In this document: piece by piece, positions 10,480 to 20,261 of the stretch
Numbering within the stretch: the first letter of the stretch is position 1
Layout: each line of letters begins with the position of its first letter
Source: Xylella taiwanensis
GTDB taxonomy: Bacteria > Pseudomonadota > Gammaproteobacteria > Xanthomonadales > Xanthomonadaceae
Length of the DNA: 32,000 bases
NCBI RefSeq assembly: GCF_013177435.1
Contig: NZ_CP053627.1
Coordinates: 1,530,001-1,562,000 of the forward strand
Reading direction: 5' to 3'
Position numbers and translations under genes: made by a program
The notes under the pieces: generated by a model
Database searches by the model: none
What the model saw: the letters and a program-made list of their open reading frames with translations, nothing else
What the model was told of the DNA's origin: nothing

Positions 10480-11000
10480 AGTTCCTCCTGCGATGATTCT
10501 AGCCGAGCCATCTACGACAACCATCTCACAGGATTCCTGGCTGTCTGCACATTCAGCCGGCCGTGCGCTACGCATGCATACCCGATCAGCACGCGCGATG
10601 ACGATCGACAACAGTAACGTGATTGTCGAGGGCTCCCGTAACACTTTATCCAAGCTTCCGTTCAGAACATGAACCCACCGATCTTGGGAAGATTACAGCA
10701 AGCGGTCCTAACTCTCGTTCACAACTCACTCACACTACCTGCTGTCATCGCGTGCGCAGCGAAATCCCACATCTAATAAACAGTCAAATATCTCGGTCTA
10801 TACGGCCAAGTAACAAGCAGATATCCATCAATCTTGCGATCTCTTTCCAGCCACTTAATGTATCGCGCCCTATGTGGCACGACACACGGAAAACGCGAGA
10901 CAACGACTATCACTAAAAGCACATCAGGATCTGCCGAACAGATGCTAGAAAGCAATGCGTTCATCATCACTAGAGATGTTCATGCAACACCGTTCCTATC
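10480..11000 (-). pseudogene. Possible ampD (anhydro-MurNAc-L-Ala amidase) relic upstream of ampE
   Basis: Minus-strand fragments lie in different frames: VLLVIVVVSRFPC (cf. LLVxHxISLPPG), ACCNLPKIGGF (cf. RCNDFSIGIE) and VAHGRLNVQTARNPVRW (cf. GHSDIAPGRKTDPGxxFxW). The position matches the usual ampD-ampE operon. There is no intact ORF. Confidence 0.3.
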
Positions 11001-11446
11001 CAACAATGTCAAGCACCAAGCGATCATGCCGCAGAAGCCGATTGACACTTTCTGAATAGTAAGGATTCCAATCAACGCATCCCTCAACCATAGATGAAGA
11101 TGACCGAGAAACACGATACAACATGCCTGACAGAGCTTCTCTAAACGAAGTCGATTTCACCGTTTCAGCCCAATCATGGCCACCAATCCGCCAAGGCTGA
11201 CATCATTAAGGCTTGGCTTGACACCGAGCATGACTCACATGCAGCCGCATGTAGTTTTTTTAAATATGTCACCCGGGATTAGGTTCAGCCCAATCCTACA
11301 GAGGCGCAATCAAATCACACCAACGGGCACAGTACGACAACGGAGACCATGCACTACGGCACAACCCATACGATTTTTTGTGTTGCATGCATCTGAAAGT
11401 GGCTGATGTGTTTTATATCTATGGACTCACACGGTGCCATTGAGTT

Positions 11447-11471
11447 AGGACGAGGGAGCTTCCCTCGTCCT
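11447..11471 (-). terminator. Perfect 11-bp hairpin immediately downstream of the adhesin stop codon
   Basis: aggacgaggga-gct-tccctcgtcct lies 28 nt past the stop at 11499. The T-rich flank is on the plus-strand side (tatggttttc), so it may act bidirectionally. Confidence 0.5.
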
Positions 11472-11498
11472 ATGGTTTTCATTGCTGACAGCCTGTAT

Positions 11499-14400
11499 TT
11501 ACCACTGATAACCCACACCTGCACCTACGCCCACTTGACTGCGAGTATTAGCGCTACCACTGAATTTGAACACCCAACGCCCACTCTCAGAAACCGCTGA
11601 AACACCCACCGCAATGGCGGACTGCCCCTGGTAACTACTGACGCCTACGGAGGTCATGCCTCGTCCCGGAACATAAGCCTGCGGGAGGTTTGCCGTCGCA
11701 ATTGCTGCCGCCACGCCTGCATTACTATTCCTACGAAGACTGCCTACGATTCCATCAGTGTACTGTTTGGCGGTGATCAACCCCTGATTGAGTTGACCCA
11801 GATTGACTGCATCAGTATCTGCCGTTGCGGCGGCCACATTCGTCACTTGCCTCTGAGAACCCGCCGAGCCTACCGAAACACTGTTGGCACGGTCGGCCAC
11901 TGAATTGGCGCCAATGGCAACCGCATTGTCAGCAGACACATTGGCATGCTTACCCATCGCAACACTATCGGCACCCGAAGCCACAGCATTAGAACCAATG
12001 GCAATCGCACTTTCAGCAGATGCATTGGCATGCTGACCTACCACCAAGCTATCGGTACCCGAAGCTACGGCACCGACACCAATGGCTGTTGCGTCGACTC
12101 CGCTCGCACTGGGAGTGCTACTACTGCTGACATGGTTAACTTTAACGAAACTCTGTGCATCGCCAATGCTGTGTATCTTGTCATCAACATAACGATTGGC
12201 TTGCTGAGCGACGTAATCAAGCTGACGCAAGTTCACCGCGTCAGTCGCTTCCTTAGCATCAGCGACATTACTGATCGTGCGAGTGTCCCCCTTAGCAGCA
12301 TCACCCACCGAAACGGTTCCCACTGTGTTGTTCTGTACACCTGAATATTTCCCGGTGTAACTCTCAGCACCACGCCCACCATCTTTCGCACCATCCCCCA
12401 ACGCCACACTGCCATCAGCACTGGCACTTGCATTGCGGCCTATCGCCGCGGAGCCTTTTCCATTGCCCGCAGCACCAGCGCCTAGCGCTGTCGCGCCTTC
12501 ACCCGATGCCTGCGTACCCACACCAGCCGCTACAGACCCAATGCCCGTCGCACCATCGCCATCATAGTTGCCTCCCTGGGTACCACCATCATTCGTACTG
12601 TAGTAACGAACTGGTTTGATGCCCGCGACCACACTATTGAGCTGGCTGACGTTAACGGCATCCGTGTCTGCCATACCCGCTGCAACTTGAGTGATCCTTT
12701 GGCTGCCGGCATTAATGCCCGTACTGGTGACCGAGGGGCCATCCGCAATCACCAATCCGGTTGAACCCAAGATCACGCCGCTGCCCACCTTCACACCATC
12801 GGTCGTCATGACCGTGTTGCCAGTGGTCACACTGTCTAGTTTGAAATCCTTGGACAGATTGAAAATCACATCATTGCTGTCGCTTGCTTTACTGATCAAC
12901 AGGTTTCCGTCGGTATTCTTCAAGTCCACCGACTCACCCGGCGCCACATTACTGCTGTTGGCTCCGGAAGCCATCAAATTCCAACCCTTACTGGCCGTAT
13001 CGCTCACTGACTGAAGCTGGCCAACGTTGACGGCATCCGTATCTGCCGTACCGGCTGCAACTTGAGTGATCCTTTGGCTACCAGCATTAATGCCCGTGCT
13101 GGTCACCGAGGGGCCATCCGCAATCAACAATCCAGTCGAACCCAACGTCACATCACTACCCACCCTCACGCCATGGGTGTTCATCACCGTGTCGCCAGTG
13201 ATCACGTTCTCCAGTTTGAAATCTTTGGACAAATTGAAAATCACATCATTGCTGTTGCTTGCTTTACTGATCGACAGGTTTCCGTCGGTATTCCTCAGGT
13301 CCACCGACTCACCCGGCCCCACATTACTACTGTCGACTCCGGAAGCCATTAAATTCCAACCCCTGCTGGCTGTAGCGCTTACCAACTGAAGCTGGCCAAC
13401 GTTGACGGCATCCGTGTCTGCCGTACCGGCTGCAACTTGAGTGATCCTTTGGCTACCGGCATTAATGCCTGCACTGGTGACCGATGGACCATCCATAATC
13501 ACCAATCCAGTCGAACTCAACACCACGCCACTGCCCACTTTCACACCATCGGTGGTCATCACCGTATTGCCGGTGGTCACACTGTCCACTTTGACGTCGT
13601 TGGACAGATTGAAAAGCACATCATTGCTGTCGCTTGTTTTAGTGATCAACAAGTTCCCATCGGTATTCTTCAGGTCCACCGACGCACCCGGCACCACATT
13701 ACTGCTGTTGGCCCCAGAAGCTGTCAAATTCCAACCCTTGTTGGCCGTATCGCTCACCGATTGAAGCTGGCTAAAGTTGACGGCATCCGTGTCTGCCGTA
13801 CCGGCTGCAACTTGAGTGATCCTTTGGCTACCGGCATTAATGCCTGCACTGGTGACCGATGGACCATCCATAATCACCAATCCAGTCGAACTCAACACCA
13901 CGCCACTGCCCACTTTCACACCATCGGTGGTCATCACCGTGTCGCCAGTGGTCACACTGTCCACTTTGACTTCGTTGGACAGATTGAAAAGCACATCATT
14001 GCTGTCGCTTGTTTTACTGACCAACAAGTTCCCATCGGTATTCTTCAGGTCCACCGACTCACCCGACCCCACATTACTGCTGTTGGCCCCAGAAGCTGTC
14101 AAATTCCAACCAGCATTGACAGATTCAGTAAGTGACTTAAGCTGGGCGACATTCACCGCATCCGTATCTGCCGTACCCGCTGCCAAACCTGTCATCTGGC
14201 GTGTCTTGGTGGTGTCAGAGGACACATTGCCGACACTGACTGCCGACAGCGTACTCCTCCACGTTGACGAGGAATCAGTCGAAGTACCCCTTGTCTTTGG
14301 ATCATAGCCAGAGATACCCGCGCCGGTAGAAGCCAGTGAGCCTTGTCCCAGCGCCACGCCTCCATTTGCAACGGTCACACTGCTTGATGCGCCAATTGCC

Positions 14401-15149
14401 ACCCCATTGGCGCCCGAAGTCGCTGCTAAATTGCCTATTGCTATCCCTAAATTACCTGTACCGGATGCGCCAGTCCCTAAAGCAATTGAATCAAGAGATT
14501 GCGCACGAGCCGTAGAACCAATGGCAATCGCACGCAGCCCGCTTGCAACAGTGGCGCCACTGGTCTTACCGTCAGTTTTCGAACCTTGCCCTGAACCGAT
14601 AGCAATCGAGTCGATGCCAGCCGGTCCATTCACGGTGGCAACGCTCCCTAGACGCATAGAATAAGTTGCACCAGTGATATCAACTAAACCGAGTTTGCCC
14701 TCATTGACATATAAGGACCCGCCAAGAACAAGGTTTCTATAGTCGAAAAACAGGGAATACTCTGTTTGCGTCAAATCCGGCTCGCATTGCGATCCACTAA
14801 AATTCTGAATGATGGACTGCTGATTACTATCATCCAGTATTTGTACGCATGTTCCAGTAGAATTGGCATTCACGTAGACCTGAGCTGCTGCTTTCCCGGC
14901 ATACCCCATCGACGCCGCAAGCACTGTTAAAAAGACACCTTGCAGCTGCCTCCTGTCCTGCACTTTACCACTGCGCTTAGCGACCATCGCCTTGTTGGAA
15001 CGTCCGGATCCCGTGCCTTTTTTACCTGAAGACACTGAAGTCATAACCGCGTGTTGCAGCGGATGACCGATTCCATATTTCGGCATAAATGGATCAACAC
15101 TTTTGATTCTACCCAACCGAACCATGGGCAGTGCAACGTCAGCTTGCAT
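11499..15149 (-). CDS. Trimeric autotransporter adhesin (YadA/XadA-like), 1216 aa
   Basis: The C-terminus is a YadA-type anchor (AGVAAAIATANLPQA...GVSSYQGQSAIAVGVS...KFSGSANT...GVGYQW). It has many head/stalk motifs (AIGxxAxA, DAVNVxQL necks). A long leader ends in AGKAAAQ. A GAAGGAG RBS lies 7 nt upstream of the ATG at 15149. An alternative in-frame ATG is at 15086. Confidence 0.9.
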   Translation of the reverse strand: MQADVALPMVRLGRIKSVDPFMPKYGIGHPLQHAVMTSVSSGKKGTGSGRSNKAMVAKRSGKVQDRRQLQGVFLTVLAASMGYAGKAAAQVYVNANSTGTCVQILDDSNQQSIIQNFSGSQCEPDLTQTEYSLFFDYRNLVLGGSLYVNEGKLGLVDITGATYSMRLGSVATVNGPAGIDSIAIGSGQGSKTDGKTSGATVASGLRAIAIGSTARAQSLDSIALGTGASGTGNLGIAIGNLAATSGANGVAIGASSSVTVANGGVALGQGSLASTGAGISGYDPKTRGTSTDSSSTWRSTLSAVSVGNVSSDTTKTRQMTGLAAGTADTDAVNVAQLKSLTESVNAGWNLTASGANSSNVGSGESVDLKNTDGNLLVSKTSDSNDVLFNLSNEVKVDSVTTGDTVMTTDGVKVGSGVVLSSTGLVIMDGPSVTSAGINAGSQRITQVAAGTADTDAVNFSQLQSVSDTANKGWNLTASGANSSNVVPGASVDLKNTDGNLLITKTSDSNDVLFNLSNDVKVDSVTTGNTVMTTDGVKVGSGVVLSSTGLVIMDGPSVTSAGINAGSQRITQVAAGTADTDAVNVGQLQLVSATASRGWNLMASGVDSSNVGPGESVDLRNTDGNLSISKASNSNDVIFNLSKDFKLENVITGDTVMNTHGVRVGSDVTLGSTGLLIADGPSVTSTGINAGSQRITQVAAGTADTDAVNVGQLQSVSDTASKGWNLMASGANSSNVAPGESVDLKNTDGNLLISKASDSNDVIFNLSKDFKLDSVTTGNTVMTTDGVKVGSGVILGSTGLVIADGPSVTSTGINAGSQRITQVAAGMADTDAVNVSQLNSVVAGIKPVRYYSTNDGGTQGGNYDGDGATGIGSVAAGVGTQASGEGATALGAGAAGNGKGSAAIGRNASASADGSVALGDGAKDGGRGAESYTGKYSGVQNNTVGTVSVGDAAKGDTRTISNVADAKEATDAVNLRQLDYVAQQANRYVDDKIHSIGDAQSFVKVNHVSSSSTPSASGVDATAIGVGAVASGTDSLVVGQHANASAESAIAIGSNAVASGADSVAMGKHANVSADNAVAIGANSVADRANSVSVGSAGSQRQVTNVAAATADTDAVNLGQLNQGLITAKQYTDGIVGSLRRNSNAGVAAAIATANLPQAYVPGRGMTSVGVSSYQGQSAIAVGVSAVSESGRWVFKFSGSANTRSQVGVGAGVGYQW
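12630..14201 (-). repeat. Tandem in-frame coding repeats, 375 bp (125 aa) x about 4.2, inside the adhesin stalk
   Basis: The unit RITQVAAGTADTDAVNxxQLQSVSDTAxKGWNLxASGANSSNVxPGESVDLKNTDGNLLxSKxSDSNDVxFNLS...TTDGVKVGSGVxLxSTGLVIxDGPSVTSxGINAGSQ recurs at aa 317, 442, 567, 692 and (partial) 817. Plus-strand shadow ORFs start every 375 nt (12691, 13066, 13441, 13816). Confidence 0.9.
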
Positions 15150-15156
15150 AACAATA

Positions 15157-15163
15157 CTCCTTC
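15157..15163 (-). promoter_or_regulatory. Shine-Dalgarno sequence of the adhesin gene
   Basis: The minus-strand sequence is GAAGGAG-tattgtt-ATG. A 7-bp hairpin (gctcggc-aat-gccgagc, about 15171-15187) sits just upstream in the leader. Confidence 0.55.
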
Positions 15164-16181
15164 ACTTTGGCTCGGCAATGCCGAGCATTTGAGACTACGA
15201 ATTACTGTGGATTAAAGAACTGCCAATAGAATCGATAGAATTGAGAAAATCTATTGAATTGATTTCCATCCCCTATAGATTTATCTCTAAACATTGCAAT
15301 TGTACAAATAAATGTGACTAACATAAACATTTAAATGTGACAAATGGAAGAATTTTGCGGCGCGTTGTTAACGGTGACACCAAGGATCAAGCACTCAGCA
15401 ATCGACCTGAAGCGGATGTACTCTTAACGCTTACCGGATCTACGTTAGATTGCTAGCTACGGAAGTTGGCTAAAAACGGCCATGCAGTGACCATTGCGTA
15501 TCTATCAACTGATAAGGAATGGCGACTCATTTATGATGCACAACTTATCGAGAAGTAAACTTTAATCATTACGAAGAAAGCTTCGACACACCAACCAAAA
15601 AATAGACGATATCTTATTATTAAATATACTAATCAATATCAGCATCTTTTAAAATATAATCGCACCAACCAACGTCGAATATTGCATCATCAACACCAAG
15701 CTTGAAGTAATACCACTATGGATACGCATATATTAAGTATTGAATACATGCAAACGATCTATTACATTGAAATTTTCAAATTATTATTTTCCATGTTACA
15801 TAACACGGCAACTGAATCACCGATTGGAACCATTCACGTAGATCACCTTCCTAAAATCAAGATAGATGCTTGTCAGATCGCTCACTGATGGCAATCCATC
15901 AGCCGTCTCGTGAATATTTGATTCATAGCCAAATTGATCAAAAAACTGCCGATTTCCCCGTATCCAATACCGAAAAACCATCTAGAACAGATGTTCTTCA
16001 TTATTTAAATAGTCATTACAATAAAAATTGTATTGAAATATTATAAAAAGAAATGTTTAGACGCCAAGATATTCACTTGAATTTATCTATCATGGACACA
16101 TCCTGTCACCGGTCATCAGTACTTCCAAAGTTCATTATTTAGCCCTATTTAACCTGCATTCTCCTTAGCCTTTCAAACATA
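15164..16181. promoter_or_regulatory. AT-rich 1-kb divergent intergenic region between the adhesin gene and folE
   Basis: No ORF of 60 aa or more is present, and the region is visibly AT-rich compared with its flanks. It contains the 10-nt direct repeat TAAATGTGAC at 15309-15318 and 15332-15341, and ATAGAAT x2 at about 15225-15241. It must hold both promoters. Confidence 0.4.
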
Positions 16182-16196
16182 GTGAGTTCAGGTACC

Positions 16197-16829
16197 ATGC
16201 GTATCATCCATACTACTTCCTCATCTATGGACCACTCCAACCAACACACAGCCTCCATCACTCAAGCCCAGGCAGAAGAAGCTGTACGCACCCTGTTACG
16301 TTGGGCCGGTGAAGATCCCACCCGTGAAGGTTTGCTTGACACACCACGCCGTGTCGTTGAAGCGTACGGGGATTGGTTCAGCGGTTACCGCGAAGACCCC
16401 CATGCCTACCTGCAACGCACTTTCGAGGAAACCTCTGGCTACGACGAGCTGATTGTGTTGCGCAACATTACCTATGAAAGCCACTGTGAACACCACATGG
16501 CACCCATCATCGGTAAAGTTCACGTTGGCTACTTGCCAAACGGTAAAGTGGTCGGCATCAGCAAGCTGGCACGTGTGGTTGATGCCTATGCGCGCCGCTT
16601 CCAGGTACAGGAGAAAATGACTGCACAGATTGCAGCATGCATCCAGGACACATTGACCCCACGCGGCGTCGGTGTCGTGATCGAGGGTGCGCACGAATGC
16701 ATGACCACCCGAGGTGTGCACAAGCGTGGTGTATCGATGGTCACCTCAAAGATGCTCGGTGCCTTCCGCCAAGACGCACGCACCCGCGCCGAATTCTTAA
16801 ATTTCATCGAAGTAGGTGGTGAGAGTTGA
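16197..16829 (+). CDS. folE: GTP cyclohydrolase I (FolE)
   Basis: The motifs [49 protein letters not shown] and HECMTTRGV are present. The ATG at 16197 is preferred over the GTG at 16182. Confidence 0.93.
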   Translation: MRIIHTTSSSMDHSNQHTASITQAQAEEAVRTLLRWAGEDPTREGLLDTPRRVVEAYGDWFSGYREDPHAYLQRTFEETSGYDELIVLRNITYESHCEHHMAPIIGKVHVGYLPNGKVVGISKLARVVDAYARRFQVQEKMTAQIAACIQDTLTPRGVGVVIEGAHECMTTRGVHKRGVSMVTSKMLGAFRQDARTRAEFLNFIEVGGES

Positions 16830-17499
16830 TTCACGTGATGGACTTATAAATGAACCCGCCCGCATCGCCGGCTACTGTTCCCTCCGCGACCCACCGCTCT
16901 GGAAGCTGCTTGCTACCGATCAGACACCAGAAATCATCGGATTGTTGTAGGACGTTTTACTCGTTACTCGGCAATGTGCACCGCCACTTGGCGCACTAAA
17001 AACGCCGCACAACTTTCCTTCACGTTGCCACGCACCAGACACTGCCCATGCCAACACAGACAAATCAAGCAAACAAATCACGGTCACCGGTCCCATTGAG
17101 CAACCAGTGACCCCAGCCACAGCGAACGCCCCAAGAACCAACACTGGCAAAGCCCCACCCACCCAACCTTTTGCAAGACAACGACTCGTGTGACTGATCG
17201 CTCCACACTGGACATCACCATTACATCCAAGCAATAGACCATATTCGACAACACATTCATGACAACAACGCCCCTACAACAGACGCATGTGTGAAGGCAC
17301 CAGAGATAGCAGCAACACGGGCGATGACCTCATCTCCAGGATCGCATGTTACGAAAAGACCAGCCCGTACATTCAAACCGCAGTACAGCATTCGAAGAAA
17401 ATACCGATACATCGCTGCCAGGGTGATCTCTCAGCACATCTAACAGCGCACTCGTGCACGCTATGATGCATCGCTGCGCCGCATCCACCTGGAGTGCTC

Positions 17500-18078
17500 A
17501 TGAACCCGATCCGCCCATTCCTGGACAAGACACCGCAACTGGGTTGTGCCGTATACGTCGATCCAACCAGCACCGTCATTGGTGACGTCATCCTTGGCGA
17601 TGACGTCTCGGTGTGGCCACAGACGGTCATCCGTGGCGATGTTAACCACATCCAAATTGGTGCCCGCAGCAACGTGCAGGACGGCACCATCATCCACGTC
17701 AGCCACCACAGCCCGTACAACACGACCGGACATCCAACGCTGATAGGCACAGACGTGACCATCGGACACGGCACCATCATCCACGCTTGCACCATCGAGA
17801 ACCTATGTCTCATCGGAATGGGCGCCTGCATCCTGGATGGCGCCACCGTAAAAAAGTACGGCTTCATCGGTGCTGGCGCCGTTGTCAGCCCCAACAAAGT
17901 AGTGGGTGAGGCGGAACTATGGCTCGGCAATCCGGCACGCTTGGTACGCAAGCTCAGCGACAAAGAAATCGAAAGCCTGCACTATTCAGCACAACATTAC
18001 GTGCAACTGAAAAACCGCTACTTAGGTTTGAGCACAAAAACCGCAAGCACACGTCTCTCTGGAACCAAAGCCACATAA
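17500..18078 (+). CDS. Gamma-carbonic-anhydrase-like left-handed beta-helix (hexapeptide) protein, YrdA/PaaY/CaiE family
   Basis: The protein shows VIGDVILGDDVSVWPQTVIRGDVNHIQIGARSNVQDGTIIHV and repeated hexapeptide units. GGAG lies 5 nt upstream of the ATG at 17500. Confidence 0.88.
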   Translation: MNPIRPFLDKTPQLGCAVYVDPTSTVIGDVILGDDVSVWPQTVIRGDVNHIQIGARSNVQDGTIIHVSHHSPYNTTGHPTLIGTDVTIGHGTIIHACTIENLCLIGMGACILDGATVKKYGFIGAGAVVSPNKVVGEAELWLGNPARLVRKLSDKEIESLHYSAQHYVQLKNRYLGLSTKTASTRLSGTKAT

Positions 18079-19128
18079 CACTCTCCACTGCTACAGCAGC
18101 GTCCCATCACCCCACAGCGTGGCCGCAGAGCCGTCAAGATCGCCTGCTTAACGCGCGTTGCACACCTTCCAGGTGCTGCCATCCATGCAACCCAACGAAA
18201 GGGACGACCCCCACGAATCCTCCTTGTCGCCTTGTGTCTGCGTCTTTCATCAGATGCGATTGACCTTCGCACGTGTCGACATGCTGCTTGTTACATCAAC
18301 CCGTCAGGATGATTGGTATACAGCTGAATGACGATGTCTTCATGCAGAATGCAGGGAACATGCAGGACAAAACAGACCGCGAAGATCCAACAGCCGTCAA
18401 CCACCACAGATTCCTCCACACCGCGTGATGGGTTACTTGCACACGCCCCGCGTCGCCGCCTCATTCGCTGGTAACAGTGGCCACTGGCACACCGTGTACA
18501 TACAGTGTGACCACCCCTCGCGCTCGGAATGGCAGGCTAGGACCCACGCCCAACACGTCTTGCTCGACCTGACGACGGTATAGGCCACCGCTGCCTCAAA
18601 AACAGCACGATGTCAGTCTCAAGTGTGGTGTGCTTGGCAAGCCAGTGGGGTTGATCCTCACCGCACAACAAGCCAAGGCCATCTGCAATGCAAAGAAAAA
18701 CATAGCCAAATGCTTGTGCAGTGTATTAAGCAGTTTTGTCAACTCTACATACGTGACAACAAGCACTCCAACAGCGATCGTGTGTCGGCCTCACTGAGGT
18801 GAGTTTTGAACATACGTGAAAAAGTGGAGTGAGCACTTTCCCTGAATCCCGACCCGTTTAAGACACCAGTAGCATGAGGATCGAAGTCCTGGTTACTGTC
18901 GTTGCGACAATGGAAATTCATTGAAAAATCGCAAATTGCATCCTTGACCGGGACAGCACAACGTCTCAACAAAATGCTAGCCGAACTCTTTCTGAAACGC
19001 CATCCGCTCAGATCAGTCAAACCCACTGCAATCACTCCAGCACACACAACCCCAGCTCAACCAGCCAGACCCTGCAATACGACACCCTCCTTAAGTACAG
19101 GCCATACGATCTCAATCACTGAACAGCC

Positions 19129-19878
19129 TTAAACCGGAGCACGCTGGCGGACGGCCTCAAAAAGCGTCACACCCGTCGCGACCGAGACATTCAAGCTCTC
19201 GATGCCGCCCGACATTGGAATGCGTGCAAGCACATCACAGTGCTCGCGGGTCAGTCGACGCAGCCCGTCAGCTTCTCCACCCACCACTAACGCCACGTTG
19301 CCACGCAGATCCAATGCATACAGCGAAGTCTCGGCCTCGCCCGCGAGCCCATAGATCCATACATCCTGCTTCTGCAATTCACGCAGAGAACGCGCCAGAT
19401 TGACGACCGGAATGACCGGGAGACGATCCGCCGCACCCGCTGAGGTTTTACGTACCGTCGCATTGATACCAGCCGACTTGTCTTTGGGGATAATCACTGC
19501 TGTCACCCCAGCCGCCGCCGCACTGCGCAGGCAAGCGCCTAGGTTATGGGGATCTTGCACCCCATCCAGCACCAGCAGCAGTGCCTGACCTCCAGCCGTA
19601 TCCACCAGTCCTTTTAGATCATTCTCGGCCCAGAGATAAGCCGCCACATAACGTGCGGCTACCCCCTGATGACGCACGCCACCGCCGACCCCATCCAGCG
19701 CCTGCGTGGTCACCCGGCGCACCTCAATCCCCTTGCGCCGCGCATTTCCCTCAATGTCAAGCAGCCGCTGATTCTTGCTGCCAATCTCGACCAGCACCTC
19801 ACGCACGTGCTCAGCATCATTCTCGATAGAAGACACAACGGCGTTGATGCCAACAATCCACTGGTTTTGCTTATTCAT
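19129..19878 (-). CDS. rlmB: 23S rRNA (guanosine-2'-O)-methyltransferase RlmB (SpoU/TrmH family)
   Basis: An N-terminal substrate-binding domain (IVGINAV..) is followed by SpoU motifs (LVLDGVQDPHNLGACLRSA, LVVGGEADGLR, IPMSGGIESLNVSVA). The gene lies downstream of rnr, as in E. coli. Confidence 0.9.
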   Translation of the reverse strand: MNKQNQWIVGINAVVSSIENDAEHVREVLVEIGSKNQRLLDIEGNARRKGIEVRRVTTQALDGVGGGVRHQGVAARYVAAYLWAENDLKGLVDTAGGQALLLVLDGVQDPHNLGACLRSAAAAGVTAVIIPKDKSAGINATVRKTSAGAADRLPVIPVVNLARSLRELQKQDVWIYGLAGEAETSLYALDLRGNVALVVGGEADGLRRLTREHCDVLARIPMSGGIESLNVSVATGVTLFEAVRQRAPV

Positions 19879-20261
19879 GATCTAGATCTAAAAAAAGATC
19901 GAAACATGGTAGGCGCTGCTCTCCCCTGGGACCAACCACAACGAGCATATGCCGACCTTCGAAGTCCATCGCGAAGCAAAGACCGATACCCGTCGCACGG
20001 CATGTCACCGTCAGGCAGCACTGTTGATGTTTGCTTCGCTACAACCCACTGATCGCAAGTGCAAGGTATCCAAGCACGATGTCCCGGACAGCAATACATC
20101 GTACGTCGGGACTAATCAGGTACCACACCCCGACATCCACACGGCGTCATATACACCGAATCCTTCCATCTTCAAGCAACAGCTTCACCTGAAGATGGAA
20201 GCAGTCCCACCCGCTCGGCCACGCGATACCCAATAGGGAAAGCACTTGCACTTTCAGGTGA

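Noticed and set aside
9798-10496. A 232-aa plus-strand ORF lies opposite ampE.
   Set aside because: It is antisense to a well-supported membrane protein. Its sequence is low-complexity and rich in Ser, Thr, Asn and Arg, typical of a shadow ORF.
12691-14307. A series of plus-strand ORFs starts every 375 nt (12691, 13066, 13441, 13816), along with 13437..14135.
   Set aside because: These are shadows of the adhesin's tandem coding repeats on the opposite strand. Their periodicity reflects the repeat, not separate genes and not a CRISPR array, since there are no unique spacers.
15718-15888. A 56-aa ATG-initiated ORF lies in the AT-rich adhesin-folE intergenic region.
   Set aside because: It has no Shine-Dalgarno sequence, its composition is driven by AT-rich codons, and it has no recognisable features.
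16920-17234. A 104-aa minus-strand ORF has two hydrophobic stretches (possible small membrane protein).
   Set aside because: Its Cys/Gly/Trp-rich composition derives from a G/T-rich strand. There is no RBS or recognisable family, so it is probably non-coding or a relic.
17373-17963. A 196-aa minus-strand ORF lies opposite the hexapeptide-repeat gene. ORF 16296..16721 lies opposite folE.
   Set aside because: Both are antisense shadows of genes with clear family motifs.
19879-19900. The 10-bp perfect palindrome GATCTAGATC and three GATC sites lie within 22 bp immediately upstream of the rlmB start. One AGATCT (a BglII site) is present, which is curious given the BglII-like relic.
   Set aside because: It is too short to distinguish from chance. 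It cannot form a hairpin with a loop, and the link to the dead REase is speculative, because the specificity of the relic is unknown.
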